Shown: one piece after another, positions 50,506 through 63,950 of the stretch
Layout: every line of letters begins with the position of its first letter
Position numbering within the stretch: position 1 is the first letter of the stretch
NCBI RefSeq assembly: GCF_964213995.1
Contig: NC_135815.1
Location: forward strand, 78,616,001 to 78,680,000
Direction: 5' to 3'
DNA length: 64,000 bases
Source of the DNA: Mustelus asterias
Lineage: Eukaryota
Notes under the pieces: generated by a model
Database searches by the model: none
Seen by the model: only the letters and a program-made list of their open reading frames with translations
What the model was told of the DNA's origin: nothing
Position numbers and translations under genes: made by a program

Positions 50506-51096
50506 ATAGACATATTCAGCCTCCACTGATTATAAGGGACAAAAAACAGATAAGGAAGATGACTCCTTTCTCGTTCCCAGGACTGCAGGTGTTAGGAGTG
50601 ACCCTTGAACCTACCAGATTTGCGTAGGTGAAGATACTAGGCAACGGGGGGGATGAATCAATGGGTTCAGTTGACGAATGAATCCCTAATTCTGCTAGAA
50701 GGTCAAGTGCTATTGGCCAAAGTAAATAAAGAGTATGAATGTAATTGGACCATCCAGTTTGGATGACAGGTGGGGCAGGAGGATCAAATCTTCAGAAGTG
50801 TATATCTGTTATACTCATGTGATGTAACATCAGAGAGAGATTAGAATCCTCTGACCATCTCTCTCCCAATACGTGTTGGTCAAATAAAGAACGTCTTTAA
50901 CTGTATGCTGTCTTTCGCAAGTCTTTGTGTTTGCTGAGATTGGCTGAATATAAGACCCCCAGTGGGACACCCCGAGAAAATCTCCTTACGATACTCTAAT
51001 ATTTCAGTTGGACATAAAGACGATGGTGATGTTTTTAAAAAACTATATTAAGATTGCATAACAATGTTCCAGGAATCAGTCCCATCCAGAAAGGGA

Positions 51097-51199
51097 TTAC
51101 ATATCCAGTTTCAACTTCAGTCCCGGCGCAGCTTTGTAATGAAATGTGCCAACCCATTCATAGTCATCTTCATCTATGAACTTGCCTTCTCCTTCCAAT
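51097..51199 (-). CDS. MORN2: MORN2 last coding exon
   Basis: ctttgcag|A TTG GAA GGA...GAT ATG TAA. LEGEGKFIDEDDYEWVGTFHYKAAPGLKLKLDM* resembles human [33 protein letters not shown]. Confidence 0.95.
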
Positions 51200-51569
51200 C
51201 TGCAAAGGAACAACTTGTGAAAAAGTATATAATTGCAATGACATTTATAAATTCCTTTATATAAATTATACATTAAAACATCTAAGTAGGATGGAATGAA
51301 CATTGAATAAAATAGATAAGCTTATTAAAAGCTTAGCTCTCTACTAATATGCTTGTTAATGAATTCTCTAAGAAATCAGTATAACAGCCACTCATGTGTG
51401 TTCACTAAAGCCTAAATAAAACCTAATATCTGAACTCCAGAGAAGAAATTTGGTGAAACATTGGCTCACAAATCAAATATGATGGCATTCTGCGTTGAGA
51501 AAATACTGAAAGCATCTTTTGATAGATCAGCTAGAGAGGACAGTGCGAAACTGAGCCACGTACGATCAG

Positions 51570-52050
51570 ATGATACAGCACAGGAGGAGACCATTCTGCC
51601 CATTGTGCCTATGCCCGCTCCTCAAAAGAGCTAACCAATTAGTTGCACTCCACTGGTCTTTCCTCAAAACCCTGTAAATTTTTCCCTTTCACTAGTTTAT
51701 CGAATTTACTTTTGAAAGTTAATAATAAATGTACTTCCACCACCTTTCAGGCAGTGCATTCCAGATCATCATACCTCATGTTATAGAAAACCTCTCCTCA
51801 TCTCACCTCTGGATCGTTTGCTTAAATCTCTGTGCTTTGGTTACTGACCTTCTGCATTGGAAATAGTTTCTCCATCAAAACTTCATTATTTTAAACACTT
51901 CTATTAGATTTCTTCTTAATTTTCTCTGCCCTTAAGAAAACAGTTTCTCCAAATAACTGAAGATCCCTCATCCCTGATACCATTTTTATAAATCTCCCCT
52001 GCTCCCTCTAATGCCTTGATATCCTTCCTAAGTGTAGTGCCCAAAATTGG
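51570..52050 (-). mobile_element. Old CR1 3' fragment
   Basis: Decayed CR1 C-terminus and 3' UTR. Confidence 0.65.
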
Positions 52051-52204
52051 ACTCAATGGCCGGAATCTTCCGTTCTGGAGTCTAGATTTGACAGCAGACA
52101 TGGAAGTGGGAGTGATTCCTGCTGAGGTGGGCAGGACGGTTGACCATGCACAATCTTGTGCTGTTCAGTTTATTACGAATGCATCTGCGAGGAGCTTGTT
52201 GAAT

Positions 52205-52515
52205 CAAAGAACAAAGAACAAAGAAAATTACAGCACAGGAACAGGCCCTTCAGCCCTCCAAGCCTGCACCGACCATGCTGCCCGACTGAACTAAAACCCC
52301 CTTCCCTCCCAGGGACCAAAGCCCTCTATTCCCATCCTAATCATGTATTTGTAAAGGCGCCCCTTAAATGTCACAATCGTATCTACTTCCACTACCTCCC
52401 CAGGCAGTGAGTTCCAGGAACCCACCACCCTCTGTGTAAAAGACTTGCCTCATATATCTCCTCTAAACTTTGCCCCTCGCACGTTAAACTTATGCCCCCT
52501 AATAATTGACTCTAC
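52205..52515 (-). mobile_element. CR1 3' end with (GAACAAA)n tail
   Basis: CR1 C-terminal coding sequence and tail on the minus strand. Confidence 0.8.
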
Positions 52516-52529
52516 CCCCCCACTCAGAA

Positions 52530-54342
52530 CAGATGCAGGACGTTCTAGAGGAAGAGGGTGAACAGCCAGCTGTTGTGGTGCATATAGGCACCAACGATAT
52601 AGGTAAAAAATAGGATGAGGTCCTATAAACTGAATTTAGGGAGTTAGGAGTTAAACTAAAAAGTAGGACCTCAAAGATAGTAATCTCAGGATTGCTACCA
52701 ATGTCACATGCTAGTCAGAGCAGGAATGTCAGGATAGCTAAGATGAATACGTGGCTTGAGAGATGGTGCAAGAGGGAGGGATTCAAATTCGTGGGACATT
52801 GGAACCAGTTCTGAGGGGGATGGGACCAGTACAAATCGGATGGTCTGCACCTGGGCAGGACTGGAACCAATGTCCTAGGGGGAGTGTTTGCTACTGCTGT
52901 TGGAGAGGGTTTAAACTAATGTGGCAAGGGGTTGGGAACCGATGCAGGAAGTCAGAGGGAAGTAAAGTGGGGACAGAAACAAAAGGCAGTAAGGGGAAAA
53001 GTGAAAGGCAGAGAAACCAAAGTCAACAATCAAAAAGGGCCACAGTACAGAGACTGTGGGAAACTCAGTGAATGGGTGCAGTAAGGCTAAGAGAAGTAAA
53101 ACACAGGGAGAGTGTACAAAATCTGACCGGACAGATGGTCTGAGAAAGCAGGGCAGAGAGCAAGGGAAGTCTATTTAAATATAAGATGCCTGACGGGCAA
53201 GGCAGATGAACTCAGGGCATGGACTGGGATATTATTATAGCTATACTGAAACGTGGCTAAGAGATGGGCAGGACTGGCAGCTCAGTGTTCCAGGATACAG
53301 ATGCTATAGGAAAGATAGAACAGGACGTAAGAGAGGAGGAGGAGTTGGGTTTTTGATTAGGGAAAACATCACAGCAGTGCTGAGAGGGGATATATCCGAG
53401 GGTTCGCCCATTGAGTCTATATGGGTAGAATTGAAAGATAAGAAGGGAGAGATCACCTTGATAGGATTGTACTACTGGCCCCCAAATAGTCAGTGGGAAA
53501 TTGAGGAGCAAATCTGTAAGGAGATTACAGATAGCTGCCAGAAAAATAGGGTGGTAATAGTCGGGAACTTTAACTTTCCCAAAATTGACTGGGACAGCTA
53601 CAGCATTAGGGGCTTGAATGGAGAGAAATTTGTTGAGTGTATTCAGGAGGAATTTCTCATTCAGTATGTGGATAGCCTGACTAGAGAGGGGGCAAAACCT
53701 GACCTCTTCTTGGGAAATAAGGAAGGATAGGTGACAGAAGTGTTAGTGAGGGATCACCTTGGGACCAGTGACCATAATTCCATTAGTTTTAAGATAGCCA
53801 TGGAGAATGATAGGTCTGGCCCAAAAGTTAAAATTCTAAATTGGGGCAAGGCCAATTTTGATGGTATTAGACAGGAACTTTCAAAAGTTGATTGGGGGAG
53901 TGTGTGAGCAGGCAAAGGGATGTCTGGTAAATGAGAGGTTTTCAAAAATGTGTTAACCAGGGTTCACGATAAGCATATTCCTTTTAAAGTGAAGGGCAAG
54001 GCTGGTAGAAGGAGGGAACCCTGGATAACTCAGGATATTGAGGCCCTGGTCAAAAAAAAAGGAGGCATATGACATGCATAGGTAGCTGGGATCAAGTGGA
54101 TCCTTTGAAAAGTATAGGGGGTGTAGGAGTAGAGTTAAGAGAGAAATCAGAAGGGCAGAAAGGGGACATGAGATTGCTTTGGCAGATAAGGCAAAGGAGA
54201 ATCCAAAGAGTTTCTACAAATACATAAAGGGCAAAAGAGTAACTAGAGAGAGAGTAAGGACTCTTAAGAATCAACAAGGTCATCTACGTGTGGATCCACA
54301 AGAGGTGGTTGAGATCCTAAATTAATATTTCTCATCAATATT
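52530..54342 (+). mobile_element. CR1 LINE: ORF1 SGNH esterase domain plus ORF2 endonuclease
   Basis: VVVHIGTNDIG...IVISGLLP...DGLHLGRTGTNVL (esterase), then TETWLRDGQDWQL...GNFNFPKIDW (APE), with stops. Confidence 0.92.
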
Positions 54343-54344
54343 TA

Positions 54345-55255
54345 CCCACGGCCCGGAATGCAGCCCCCATGGACCAGACCTATCGCGGGCCCGCCGCTCC
54401 CCCCCCCCCCCCCCCCCACCCCCCCACCGATCACATGCAGAGTGGCAGCAGGCCCCCCTCCCTCCCCCACCGATCGCATGCAGAATGGCAGCAGGCCCCC
54501 CCTCCCTTCCCTCCCCCCCCCACCGATCACATGCAGAATGGCAGCAGGCCCCCCTCCCTCCCCCACCGATCGCATGCAGTGGGCCCCCTCCCCCCATTGG
54601 TCCTGTCCCCTGGCCCACCCCCATTGGCTTTGCCCCTGGCCCATGCCCCATTGGCCCCACCCCCTGGCACTGCCACCACAGGCCCCATCCCCCATTGGCT
54701 CTGCCCCGGCACTGTCCCCCACAGACCCTGCCCCCATTGGCCCCACCCCTGGCACTGCCCCCACAGGCCACACCCTTCATTTGTCACACCTCCTTGGCAC
54801 TGCCCAGTGGGCATTGCCAAGGTGCCAGGCTGGCACTGCTAGGGTGGCACTGCCAGTCTGGCCCTGCCCAAGGGGCACCCCCACTTTGCACTCAGCCTCC
54901 CTGGGGAGCCTCAATGGCCTCCGGTTCCACCGGCAATGCTAACACAACTGTTCCCCATTATGGGGAGCAGGTGTTTTCCTCGCCGGAGAGAACCTCTCCT
55001 GGCGAGGTCACAAAGGCAAGCAGGCCCAGACGATTGAGCGCCGGGCTCATTAAACACATTGAAATGTATAAGTTAAATAAATTAACCAGCCTCTCGCCCA
55101 TTTCCGGCGAGAGGCTGACCGCACCAGAAATCCGGGTGTTGTAAAATCGCAACAGGTGCGATAACTGCCGCCATTTTCTCCAGCCGCTTTGTGCCCGATT
55201 TTATGACATTTTTCCGCTGCAAAATGGGCGTAAAGTGGCCGAAAAATTCCACTCC
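54345..55255. mobile_element. GC-rich non-autonomous element with internal tandem repeats
   Basis: About 4 copies of a 43-52 bp unit CCCCACCGATC(A/G)CATGCAG...GGCAGCAGGCCCCC at 54420-54590; shares motifs with 14104-15189. Confidence 0.6.
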
Positions 55256-55363
55256 ATGTGCCAAATGGTCTCCTTCAGTGCTGTAAAGTTTTATGATTCT
55301 ATTCACGCATATCTTCTCCTTTAACTAAATAACCAGATCTCTTTTAATGTTTATAGTCACTCA

Positions 55364-55546
<183 letters not shown>

Positions 55547-55609
55547 TTAGAAAATTGTTATTGAATGACTTACTGAAGGAATGTAAGGAAAGGAATAGGT
55601 CAATCATTC

Positions 55610-56340
55610 AATGATGTTACCATCACTGAAGCCCCCACTGACAACATCCTTGGTGTTACTCTTGACCAGAAACACAACTGGACTAGCCATATACACAGTG
55701 GCTACAAGAACAAGTCAGAAGTTTGGAATACTGCGGCGAGTAACCCACCTCCTGACTCGCCAGAGCCTGTCCACCATCTACAAGGCACAAGTCAGGAGTG
55801 TGATGGAATACTTCCCACTTGCCTGGATGGGTGCAGCCCCAACAACACTCAAGAAGCTTGACACCATCCAGGACAATACAGCCTGCTTGAATGGCATCCT
55901 TCCAAACGCAGGACCACTTCTATCTACAAGAAGGGCAGCAGATACATAGGAACACCACCACCTGCAAGTTCCCCTCCAAGCCACTCACCATCCTGATTTG
56001 GAAATATATCGCCGTTCCTTCACAGTTGCCGGGTCAAAATCCTGGAATTCCCTCCCTCATTGGCATTGTGGGTCAACCCACAGCACATGGACTGCAGCAA
56101 TTCAAGAAGGCAGCTCACCACCACCTTCTCAAGGGCAACTAGGGATGGGCAATAAATGCTGGCCGGCCAGCGACGCCCGTGTCCCACAAATGAGTAAATA
56201 AATGAATAAATAAAACCCACAGGACGAGGATTGCAGTGTTTCAAGAAGGCAGCTCACCACCACCATCTCAAGGGCAACTAGGGGTGAACAATAAATGCTG
56301 GCCAGCCAGCGACGCCCGTGTCCCATGAATGAATTTTAAA
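55610..56340 (+). mobile_element. Non-LTR retrotransposon 3' end (RTE-X-like) with a duplicated 3' terminus
   Basis: TIYKAQVRSVMEYFPLAWMGAAPTTLKKLDTIQD. The tail TTCAAGAAGGCAGCTCACCACCA...AATAAATGCTGGCC occurs twice. Confidence 0.75.
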
Positions 56341-56914
56341 AATCAGCTCTTTGAGCCTCTCCCCACCCCCCAATCAAATAGCTCATGGCTAATCCATATC
56401 TTAACTTCATTGACCAGTCTGATTCCTTGTCTAACAAAAATCTATCAATATCAGTTTTGAAATGTTTTATTGGCCTAGACTCTCCAACAACCTTGTGGGG
56501 GAAAGTTCTGTATTTCCAGTTCCCTTTGTGTGAAGAAGTGCTTCCTGACGTTACCACTGAATGGGTTTATTAAATCATGTCAAACACTCTGAACATGGAG
56601 GGTATCTCAAACATCACAAGCAGAAGAAAAGGATGAATGAAATCAATCAGAAAATAAATTAAATAAATTGCAAAACAAACGGGCCTTTTAATGCAATTCT
56701 GTGAATTAGCTGAATCCTTTGCTAGACCAGCTCTCATACCATAACCTTGTTATAAAATTGGGAATGTACATTTTTGATAACTGACTGGAAATCCTGCGAG
56801 GTGGTAGCATAGCAGTATAACGCAGAGGCCTGGACTAATGGCCTAGGGGCATGAGTTCAAAGCCCACCACGGCAGCTAGGGAAATTAAACTGCATTAATA
56901 AATCTGGAACAAAG

Positions 56915-59445
56915 ACTGATTGGGAAATGGAAGGGAGGAAGGAACTCATGAAAATTACAATCACCAAGTAAGTGGTATTGAGCAAATTGTTGGGTCTGCA
57001 GGTAGACAGATTCCCTGGTCTGGATGGATATCACTCTGAGAGCTTGAAAGAAGTGGCTAAGGACATAGCTGATGCATTAGTTTTAATCTTCAAAAATTGC
57101 CTAGATTCGGGGAAGGTTCCATTAGATTGAAAGGTAGAAAATATCATTCTTTTATTCAAAAAGAGAGGGAGACAGAAAGCAGGAAACTACAGGGAAAATG
57201 TTAAAAGCCATTACTAAAGATGTTATAGTACGGCACTTGAAAAAAATTCAAGGCAATCAGGTAGAGTCAACATCGTTTTGTGAAAGGGAAATCATGTTTA
57301 AGCAATTTACTGGAGTTCTTTGAAGGAATCATGTGAGCTGTGGATAAAGGGGAACTGGGGATGTGCTGTACTTAGATTTCCAGATGGCATTTGATTACAT
57401 TCCACATCGAAGGTTATTGCGTAAAATAACATTGTGGGGGTAACATATGGCATGGATAGAAAATTGGCTAGCTAATAGGTAACACAGAGTTGGCATAAAT
57501 GGGTATTTTTCTAGTTATGATGTGGAGATGCTGGCGTTGGACTGGGGTAAACACAGTAAGAAGTCTAACAACACCAGGTAAAAGTTTGTGAGCAGACCTC
57601 CCACTCCACCTGACGAAGGAGCAGCACGGTCTGAAAGCGAGTGGCATTTGCTACCAAATAAACCTGTTGGACTTTAACCTGGTGTTGTTAGACTTCTTAC
57701 TCTTTTTCTAGTTGGCAGGATGTAACGAGTGGTGTGCCACAGAGATCAGTGCTGGGGCCTCAACGTTTTACAATTTATATAAATGTCTTGGCTGTAGGGA
57801 CTGAAGGTAGGGGGCGGAATTTTCCTTTTTTTCTTCTAAGTGCTGGGCCAGACGAGAAAAGTGGTGTGCAGCTTGCCAGTTGCACAGATGGCTTTTCTCG
57901 CCATATTGTCCAGCACTTAGAAGAAAAAAATTCTGGAGGCATGTCTCACACTGTCACGGTGGTGGGGCAGGGCCTGAAAAAGCTGACAACTTCGGGTATC
58001 CAGAGATGAGGCCCCCTTTTTAAAGGGCGCACTGATCTCTGGTTAAAAAATAGGAGACGCCCCCATGCACATCAGAAACCTCACCCACCCCCCCTACATA
58101 CACGGGGAACCCCCTCCTATGGAGGTCCCCATAGGACGGCTTAGTACTAGGATGCCAGGTGGCAGTGCCAGGAGCTGTACTTACCTGTGGGCCCTGGCAG
58201 GTTCCCTCTACCTGGTTCCTATTTCTAAAATAAAAGCAAATTACTGTGGATGCTGGAATCTGAAACAAAAACAGAAAATGCTAGAAAATCTCAGCAGGTC
58301 TGATGGCTTCTATGGAAAAAGAACAGAACAAAGGTTTCGAGTCTAGATGACCCTTCATCAAAGTCCTGGGTGGGAAATAATTACGTCATTGGTGGGCTGG
58401 GGACAATCGCATCCTGAGCCGGTGAGAATCTTGGTTTTGATCTCTCGTGGGATTTTGCACTGGTGTCAACATTTGCGTCCACAGCTAACGTGGGCACAAA
58501 ATCCCAGTTATAGTTTGGTGACAAACACAAAGATAGGCAGGGAAGTAAATTGTGAAGAGGGAGTAAGAAGGTTACAAACAGACATAGATAGGTAAAGTGA
58601 GTGGGCAAAAATCTGGCAAATGGAGAATAATGTGGATAAATGTGAAATTGTCCATTTTGGCAGGAAGAATAAAAAAACTTATCTAAATGGTGAGATTGCA
58701 GAACTCTGAAATACAGAGATCTGAGTTCCTAGTGCATGAATCACAAAAGGTTTGTATACAGGTAAAGCAAGTAATTAGGAAAGCTGGGAGCTTATTTGTT
58801 GTTATTTGTCATAATTTGTTATTATTTGTTGTGAGGGGAATTGATTACAAAAGTAGGGAGATTATGCTTCAGTTATACAGGGCATTGGTAAGATCGCATT
58901 GTAGTATTTTGTACAGTACTGGTCTCATTATTTAAAGAAAGATGTAAATGTGTTAGAAGCAGTTCAGAGAAGGTTTACTAGATCAATACCAGGAATGGGC
59001 GGGTTATCTAATGAGGAAAGGTTGGAGAGGTTAGGCTTGTATCCACTAGAGTTTAGAAGAGTAAGAGGTGACTTGATTGAAACCTTTAAGATCCTGAGGG
59101 GTGGCTGTGGAGAGGATGTTTCCTCTTGTAGAATCTTGCACTAGGGGTCAATTTTTAAAAATAAGGGGTCACTCATTTAAGATAGATATGAAGAGAATTT
59201 TTTTCTCTCAGAGGGTCGTGTGTCTCTGGAACTCTCTTCCTTAAAAGGCAGTGGAAGCAGAGTCTTTGAATAGTTTTAAGGCAGAGTTAGATAGATTATT
59301 GATTAACAAGAGGGTGAAAGGTTATCGGGGGGAGACAGGAATGTGGGGTTGAAGTTACAATCAGATCAGCCATAATGTTATTGAATGGTGGAGCAGGTTT
59401 TGAGGGCCCAAGGGGTCTACTCCTGCATCTAATTTGTATGTTCAC
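56915..59445 (+). mobile_element. CR1 ORF2 (RT to 3' end) with nested insertions
   Basis: QHRFVKGKSCLSNLLEFFE, DVLYLDFQ, GVPQRSVLGPQ, AVQRRFTRSIPG. Confidence 0.9.
57517..57702. mobile_element. Miniature Penelope insertion with inverted termini
   Basis: Inverted repeat AGTAAGAAGTCTAACAACACCAGG...CCTGGTGTTGTTAGACTTCTTACT; 11-bp TSD TTTTTCTAGTT at 57506-57516 and 57703-57713. Confidence 0.85.
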
Positions 59446-59687
59446 AACTAGTACCTGTAATAATGATCATGAAACTACTGGATTGTCATGCAAAGCCATC
59501 TTGTTCACTGATAATTAGTCTTTAAGGAAGCAAATCTGCAGAGTCGTACCTGGTCTGGCCTATATATGACTCCAGACCCACACCAATGCGGTTGACTTTC
59601 TCTAAAATGACCTAACAAGCCACTCAGTTCTAGGCAGCTGATCACCATCTGCGAAAGAGCATTATGGACGGGCAATAAATGCTGGAC

Positions 59688-59955
59688 TGGGTGGCACGGT
59701 GGTTAGTACTGCTGCCTCACAGCTCCAGGGACCCAAGTTCAATTCCAGCCTTGGGTTACTGTGTGTCTGGAGTTTGCATGTTCTCCCCATGTCTGCGTGG
59801 TGATTGGTCATGCTAAATTGCCCCTTAATGTTCCAAAATATATAGGTTGGGGGATTAGCAGGGTAAATATGTGGGGTTACAGGGGAAACCTGATTACGGG
59901 TCGGTGCAGATTCGATGAGGTGAATGGCTTCCTGCTGCCCTGTAGGAATTCTATG
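59688..59955 (+). mobile_element. HE1/V-SINE with internal deletion
   Basis: Head, partial V-domain and tail. Confidence 0.8.
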
Positions 59956-62900
59956 AATGTCTGCATCCTAAGAACGAACATAAAATCGTATCAAATTATA
60001 AGTTTAGCATTGTTAAACTTAGATTAACATATCAACCATCAGCTTTTCAATCCATTGCATCAGTTTGTTAATGTTTTACAAGAGAAATAGTTACTTTTTT
60101 AAACTGGCATTGAAAGTTGTCAACATCAAATAATCATTTATTTTGAGATAAAAAGAGAAAATGCAGGAGATACTCAGCGGGTCTACATCTTTGTAAGTGA
60201 AACAGAGTTAATTGGGGCAATTCTCTGGCCCTGCGCACCCTGGCACAAGGGATGGGGCCTGAAGGGTGTTCCTGAAGGGAGCATGGCTTTAGGCAACCCC
60301 ATAGAGGAGCGTTGCGCACTTGGTGGGGGGTGCCTGAGGCCTTGTGTCGATGAGGATGGATGGGGGTGTGCCAGGTCACCCTCATGTCTGCATGGGGGGA
60401 TGGGTGATCTGGACATTTAGTGACGGAGTAGAGGTTGGTCCTCTGGGGTGAAGGGTTGGGGGTGTTCCCATGTTGGAGGTGTGTTGCAATGTCTGTGGGA
60501 GGGGCAGGGGGACCTTCAACTTAACTGTGAGATTTAAAAGCAGTATCCCAATCTCTGAAGAGGCGGATTTACCGGCTTCCTTTGGTCCAGCACATCTCAT
60601 TGCTGGCAGGAAGCTCCCCAATCTCCAAAAAAATGACTTAAGTGTGGGTGGATTGCGATGTGGATTGGGCTGAACCACTTGGCAGAATTCTCACTGCTCT
60701 TCACGCCGGAGATGACACTTAGGGGGGGGATTCATCGACCCTGTTCACCACCAGCGGGAATCCCAATGGCCTGCTGAATAGGGCATTGGGGCTAAAATGG
60801 GATTCTCATTTACCCGGCCCGCCCCACTGGCCACGATTGGGTTCTTACCGGGTAATTATGCAAAACCCCCCATGCACCCACATCCTCAGCTGGAAGTCAC
60901 GTGTGTTCGATTTGGTGATGTTCTTGAAAAGTGGGGCCCTGGGGCAATGAAATTCAAGGGGGAGCAAGGAGGTAAGTGGCCATTGTTAAATTTATCTGTG
61001 TTGCATCGGGAGTTGAGCGTCTTAACTGGGGAAAGTGAGGGTCAAGCAGTAGGGAAGGTGACCTCGGGGTCCCCCTGGAACACGGGTGCCTTGGCTAACC
61101 AGCTTCCTTGTGCGTTTAAACATTAGCAACTAACTCTCACCACGTTAGTTTCAGGCACCTGACTGTTAAAAGTGTCTATTCCCCTTTGCGTCCTATAACA
61201 GCTCTGAAGATTCTGCTCAGTGCTAATCCATGCACTATGCCCATCTGGACCCCTGCATACTTCTTCCAATCTGGCCTAGCCCTGAGTTTATTAAATGACC
61301 GCCAGCTGTCGCCAGCCCTCCCAGAACTCCTCTCTCTCACAGGATATGTTAGTGCACCAAGAGCTCTCTGCCTTGTAAGCCTGAATGAGCACAAGCTGTT
61401 GTTCAGCTTGTTAAAGTGAGAGTTCATGGAGTTCCCTTCATTCACAGTCCCACAGCAGATGAGGGAAAGGAAATCGCTGAAGTTAGTGCATACAAGGATC
61501 AGATGCTCCAGTAGCAAGTGAAAGATGTGCTGGCAGCAGCCCACATCACATCAAAAGCTGCACTGACAAGACATTCATTGAACACTCCATGAAGGCTGCT
61601 GCTCTCTGTCCCTGCCCCACATCTGTTCTCTCTGGTCTCATCCTTATCCCTCTGGATAACATGAATACACTGGAAAGCTTGCAGGAGATCATAAGTGCCT
61701 TTTGACAAGACTCTCACCTTAGCCAGTGGCTATATCACTCAGTGATGCCAAGGTTCCAGCAAAGGCACATCTCTCACTGACCAAATCCTTAGTCTGTGGC
61801 ACCACTTCAACTTCTTCAGAAAGATGCTTGCCTTCACACAATTAACATCCTGACCACACAAACAGCTGCCACAGCTCAGGCAAGAAGCCACAAGGGGCCC
61901 TCATTGAGGAGAGGCCCACTTGCACTCTCTGGGAAACCCAGAGGAACGGCCACAGCGCACTTTACTAACACCCAGTGTAGCACCCACAGGCTCCTTATGT
62001 GTGAAGGAGGGATTGTGACTGCAGCATTTCAAACCAAGGAGTCGCCGGCAACTCCCTGAAGGCTACCGGGGTGTAGTGTCAACTGTGGTTCCTGAAAGGG
62101 GCTGGGGCTTTGTGGGGTGGCGGGCGATGTACTGTCAATCGAATGTTGTGTGGCAGGTCATATTGTGTCTTCCCAGCTCTTTGGAATCTGCCGACCTGCC
62201 AGGAAGAAGGTGATGTGATGCTCACTTAGGAGGTTCCACCAGGCATCCTTCCTTGCCTGAGACACCAAGAGGTGCCCTCTCTCATCCATGCTAGTCCTGG
62301 TCCTCCTACCAAGTTCCTCAGCATCGATAAATCAGCTATCCCCCATGGACTAAACTTTATCAAGTCTTAGGGAAAGAAGCAGTCACAGGCAGGGACATGA
62401 GGCTCACAAGCATGGGACCACCGAGTGGCCTCCACTGTCACCACATCATGATGCGCTCCATAACTGATGAGGTGAAGGGAGGGATGATGCGGACAGGAGG
62501 CCATGTGGCAAGATGAGGAGATATGGGGCAGTGTCTGTGACCATGCAAGCTATCTGGTGTGGGCAGCAGCTGCTGTAAAGCAGCTGGGTAGCAGAAATGC
62601 TGAGGGTTGGTCAGCCTTTAACAATTTGATCACAATCAGGATTAGAGGGGAGGTTACAGTGAAAGGATGGATTATATTGCTCACTATCTCTCTCTCATTT
62701 TTCCACATCCTCACAGATTGAAGATGAATACTGGTTTGGAGCCAGGCCAGCTTGTATTATTGCTGCTGATAGGTATCAAGGTACGTAGGAGGTGGTGAGA
62801 GTGCCAGGGCAAGCCCAGGCTTGACCCAGAAACCACAGGAACCAGCCATCAGGGTACTGCCACAGAGGCTCAGGTGCTGGCCGTCCATCAGGCTGAGGTG

Positions 62901-63059
62901 GGGAGGACAACGATACTGTTGTACACATGTCTACAGGAGGCCCTCGCTGGTCTTTTCATGAGCTGTCAGAAAACATGTGCCGCTGACAACACCACCTACA
63001 CAGGGACACAATGTGGCACCTGTGGCAGGTACTTGTACACCTGGAACAAAGAGGAGGAA

Positions 63060-63950
63060 GAGGACACCCACTTCAGTGGCTGTGAAAGTCACGGTTGCCC
63101 TGAACGTTTATGAAATTGGATCTTTCCAGGGCTTGAATGGGGACCTGTGTGGGATCTTACAATCCTCCATGCACAGGTGTATCTGCAAGGTAATGAATGG
63201 CTTGTATGCCCGAGCATCGGACTATATCACCTTGAACATGGACCAGGTCCACCAGGATGCCCAGGTTGCAGGATTCATTGTCATCACTGGGATGCCCCAG
63301 GTCCAGGGGGTGCTTGATGGCACCCATGTTGCTCTTGGAGCACCATGTTGAGAGGGAGTGCCCTTCATCAATAGGAAGGGGTTCCACTCCTTTAACATAT
63401 AGCTGGTGTGTGACCACCAGCTCAACATTATGCACGCCTGTCCACATTTTCCTGGGAGCATGCACAATGCCTTCATTCTGGCAAACTTGGAGGCATCCGA
63501 TGCCTTTGAGGGTAAACCTCGACCAAGCGGTTGGCTAGTGGGGGACAAAGATTACCTGCTAAGCCATGGTTAATGATGCTTGTGCGGAGACCCCAGACCG
63601 AGATGGAGAACTGCTACAATGAGGTCCACTCTGCCTCCAGAGCATCATCAAGCGGTACATAGATCTTCTAAAGATATGGTTCCGTTGACTGGACTGCTCT
63701 GGCATGGCTTTCCAATACAGCCCCCAGAGCTTGGATCATGGTCCCTTGCTGTGTGTCACAAAATAACCCAACAGCAGGGTGACATGCTGGAGGAGGAGCA
63801 GGAACAAGCAGTCTCATCGGAGGAAGAGGACCGGAAGATATTGAGGAGGAGCCCAAAGAGGACCCGGAGGATGCTGGACAGGCGATGGCCAGGGTGCTAC
63901 AGGGCCGGAGGACCAGGGAGGCTCTTGGAGCCTCCAAATATGCTGACTAG
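63060..63950 (+). pseudogene. Decayed PIF/Harbinger (HARBI1-like) transposase
   Basis: GDLCGILQSSMHRCI...GMPQVQGVLDGTHVAL...FINRKGFHSFNI*LVCDH...FPGSMHNAFIL...WLVGDK with in-frame stops and frameshifts, then an acidic tail. Confidence 0.88.

Larger units (their letters stand above)
56800..59690 (+). mobile_element. tRNA-derived SINE split by a nested CR1 (head about 56800-56910, body and tail about 59447-59690)
   Basis: B box GAGTTCAAAGCCC; body CCTGGTCTGGCCTATATATGACTCCAGACCC; tail GGGCAATAAATGCTGG shared with the LINE at 55610-56340. Confidence 0.65.

Noticed and set aside
54322-55144. Long Pro/Gly-rich ORFs (up to 219 aa); similarly 14474-15067
   Set aside because: They are open in several frames on both strands because of GC-rich tandem repeats in a non-autonomous element, with no protein-family signal.
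62977-63950. Domesticated HARBI1 gene
   Set aside because: Multiple stops and frameshifts inside a repeat context make it a transposon fossil.
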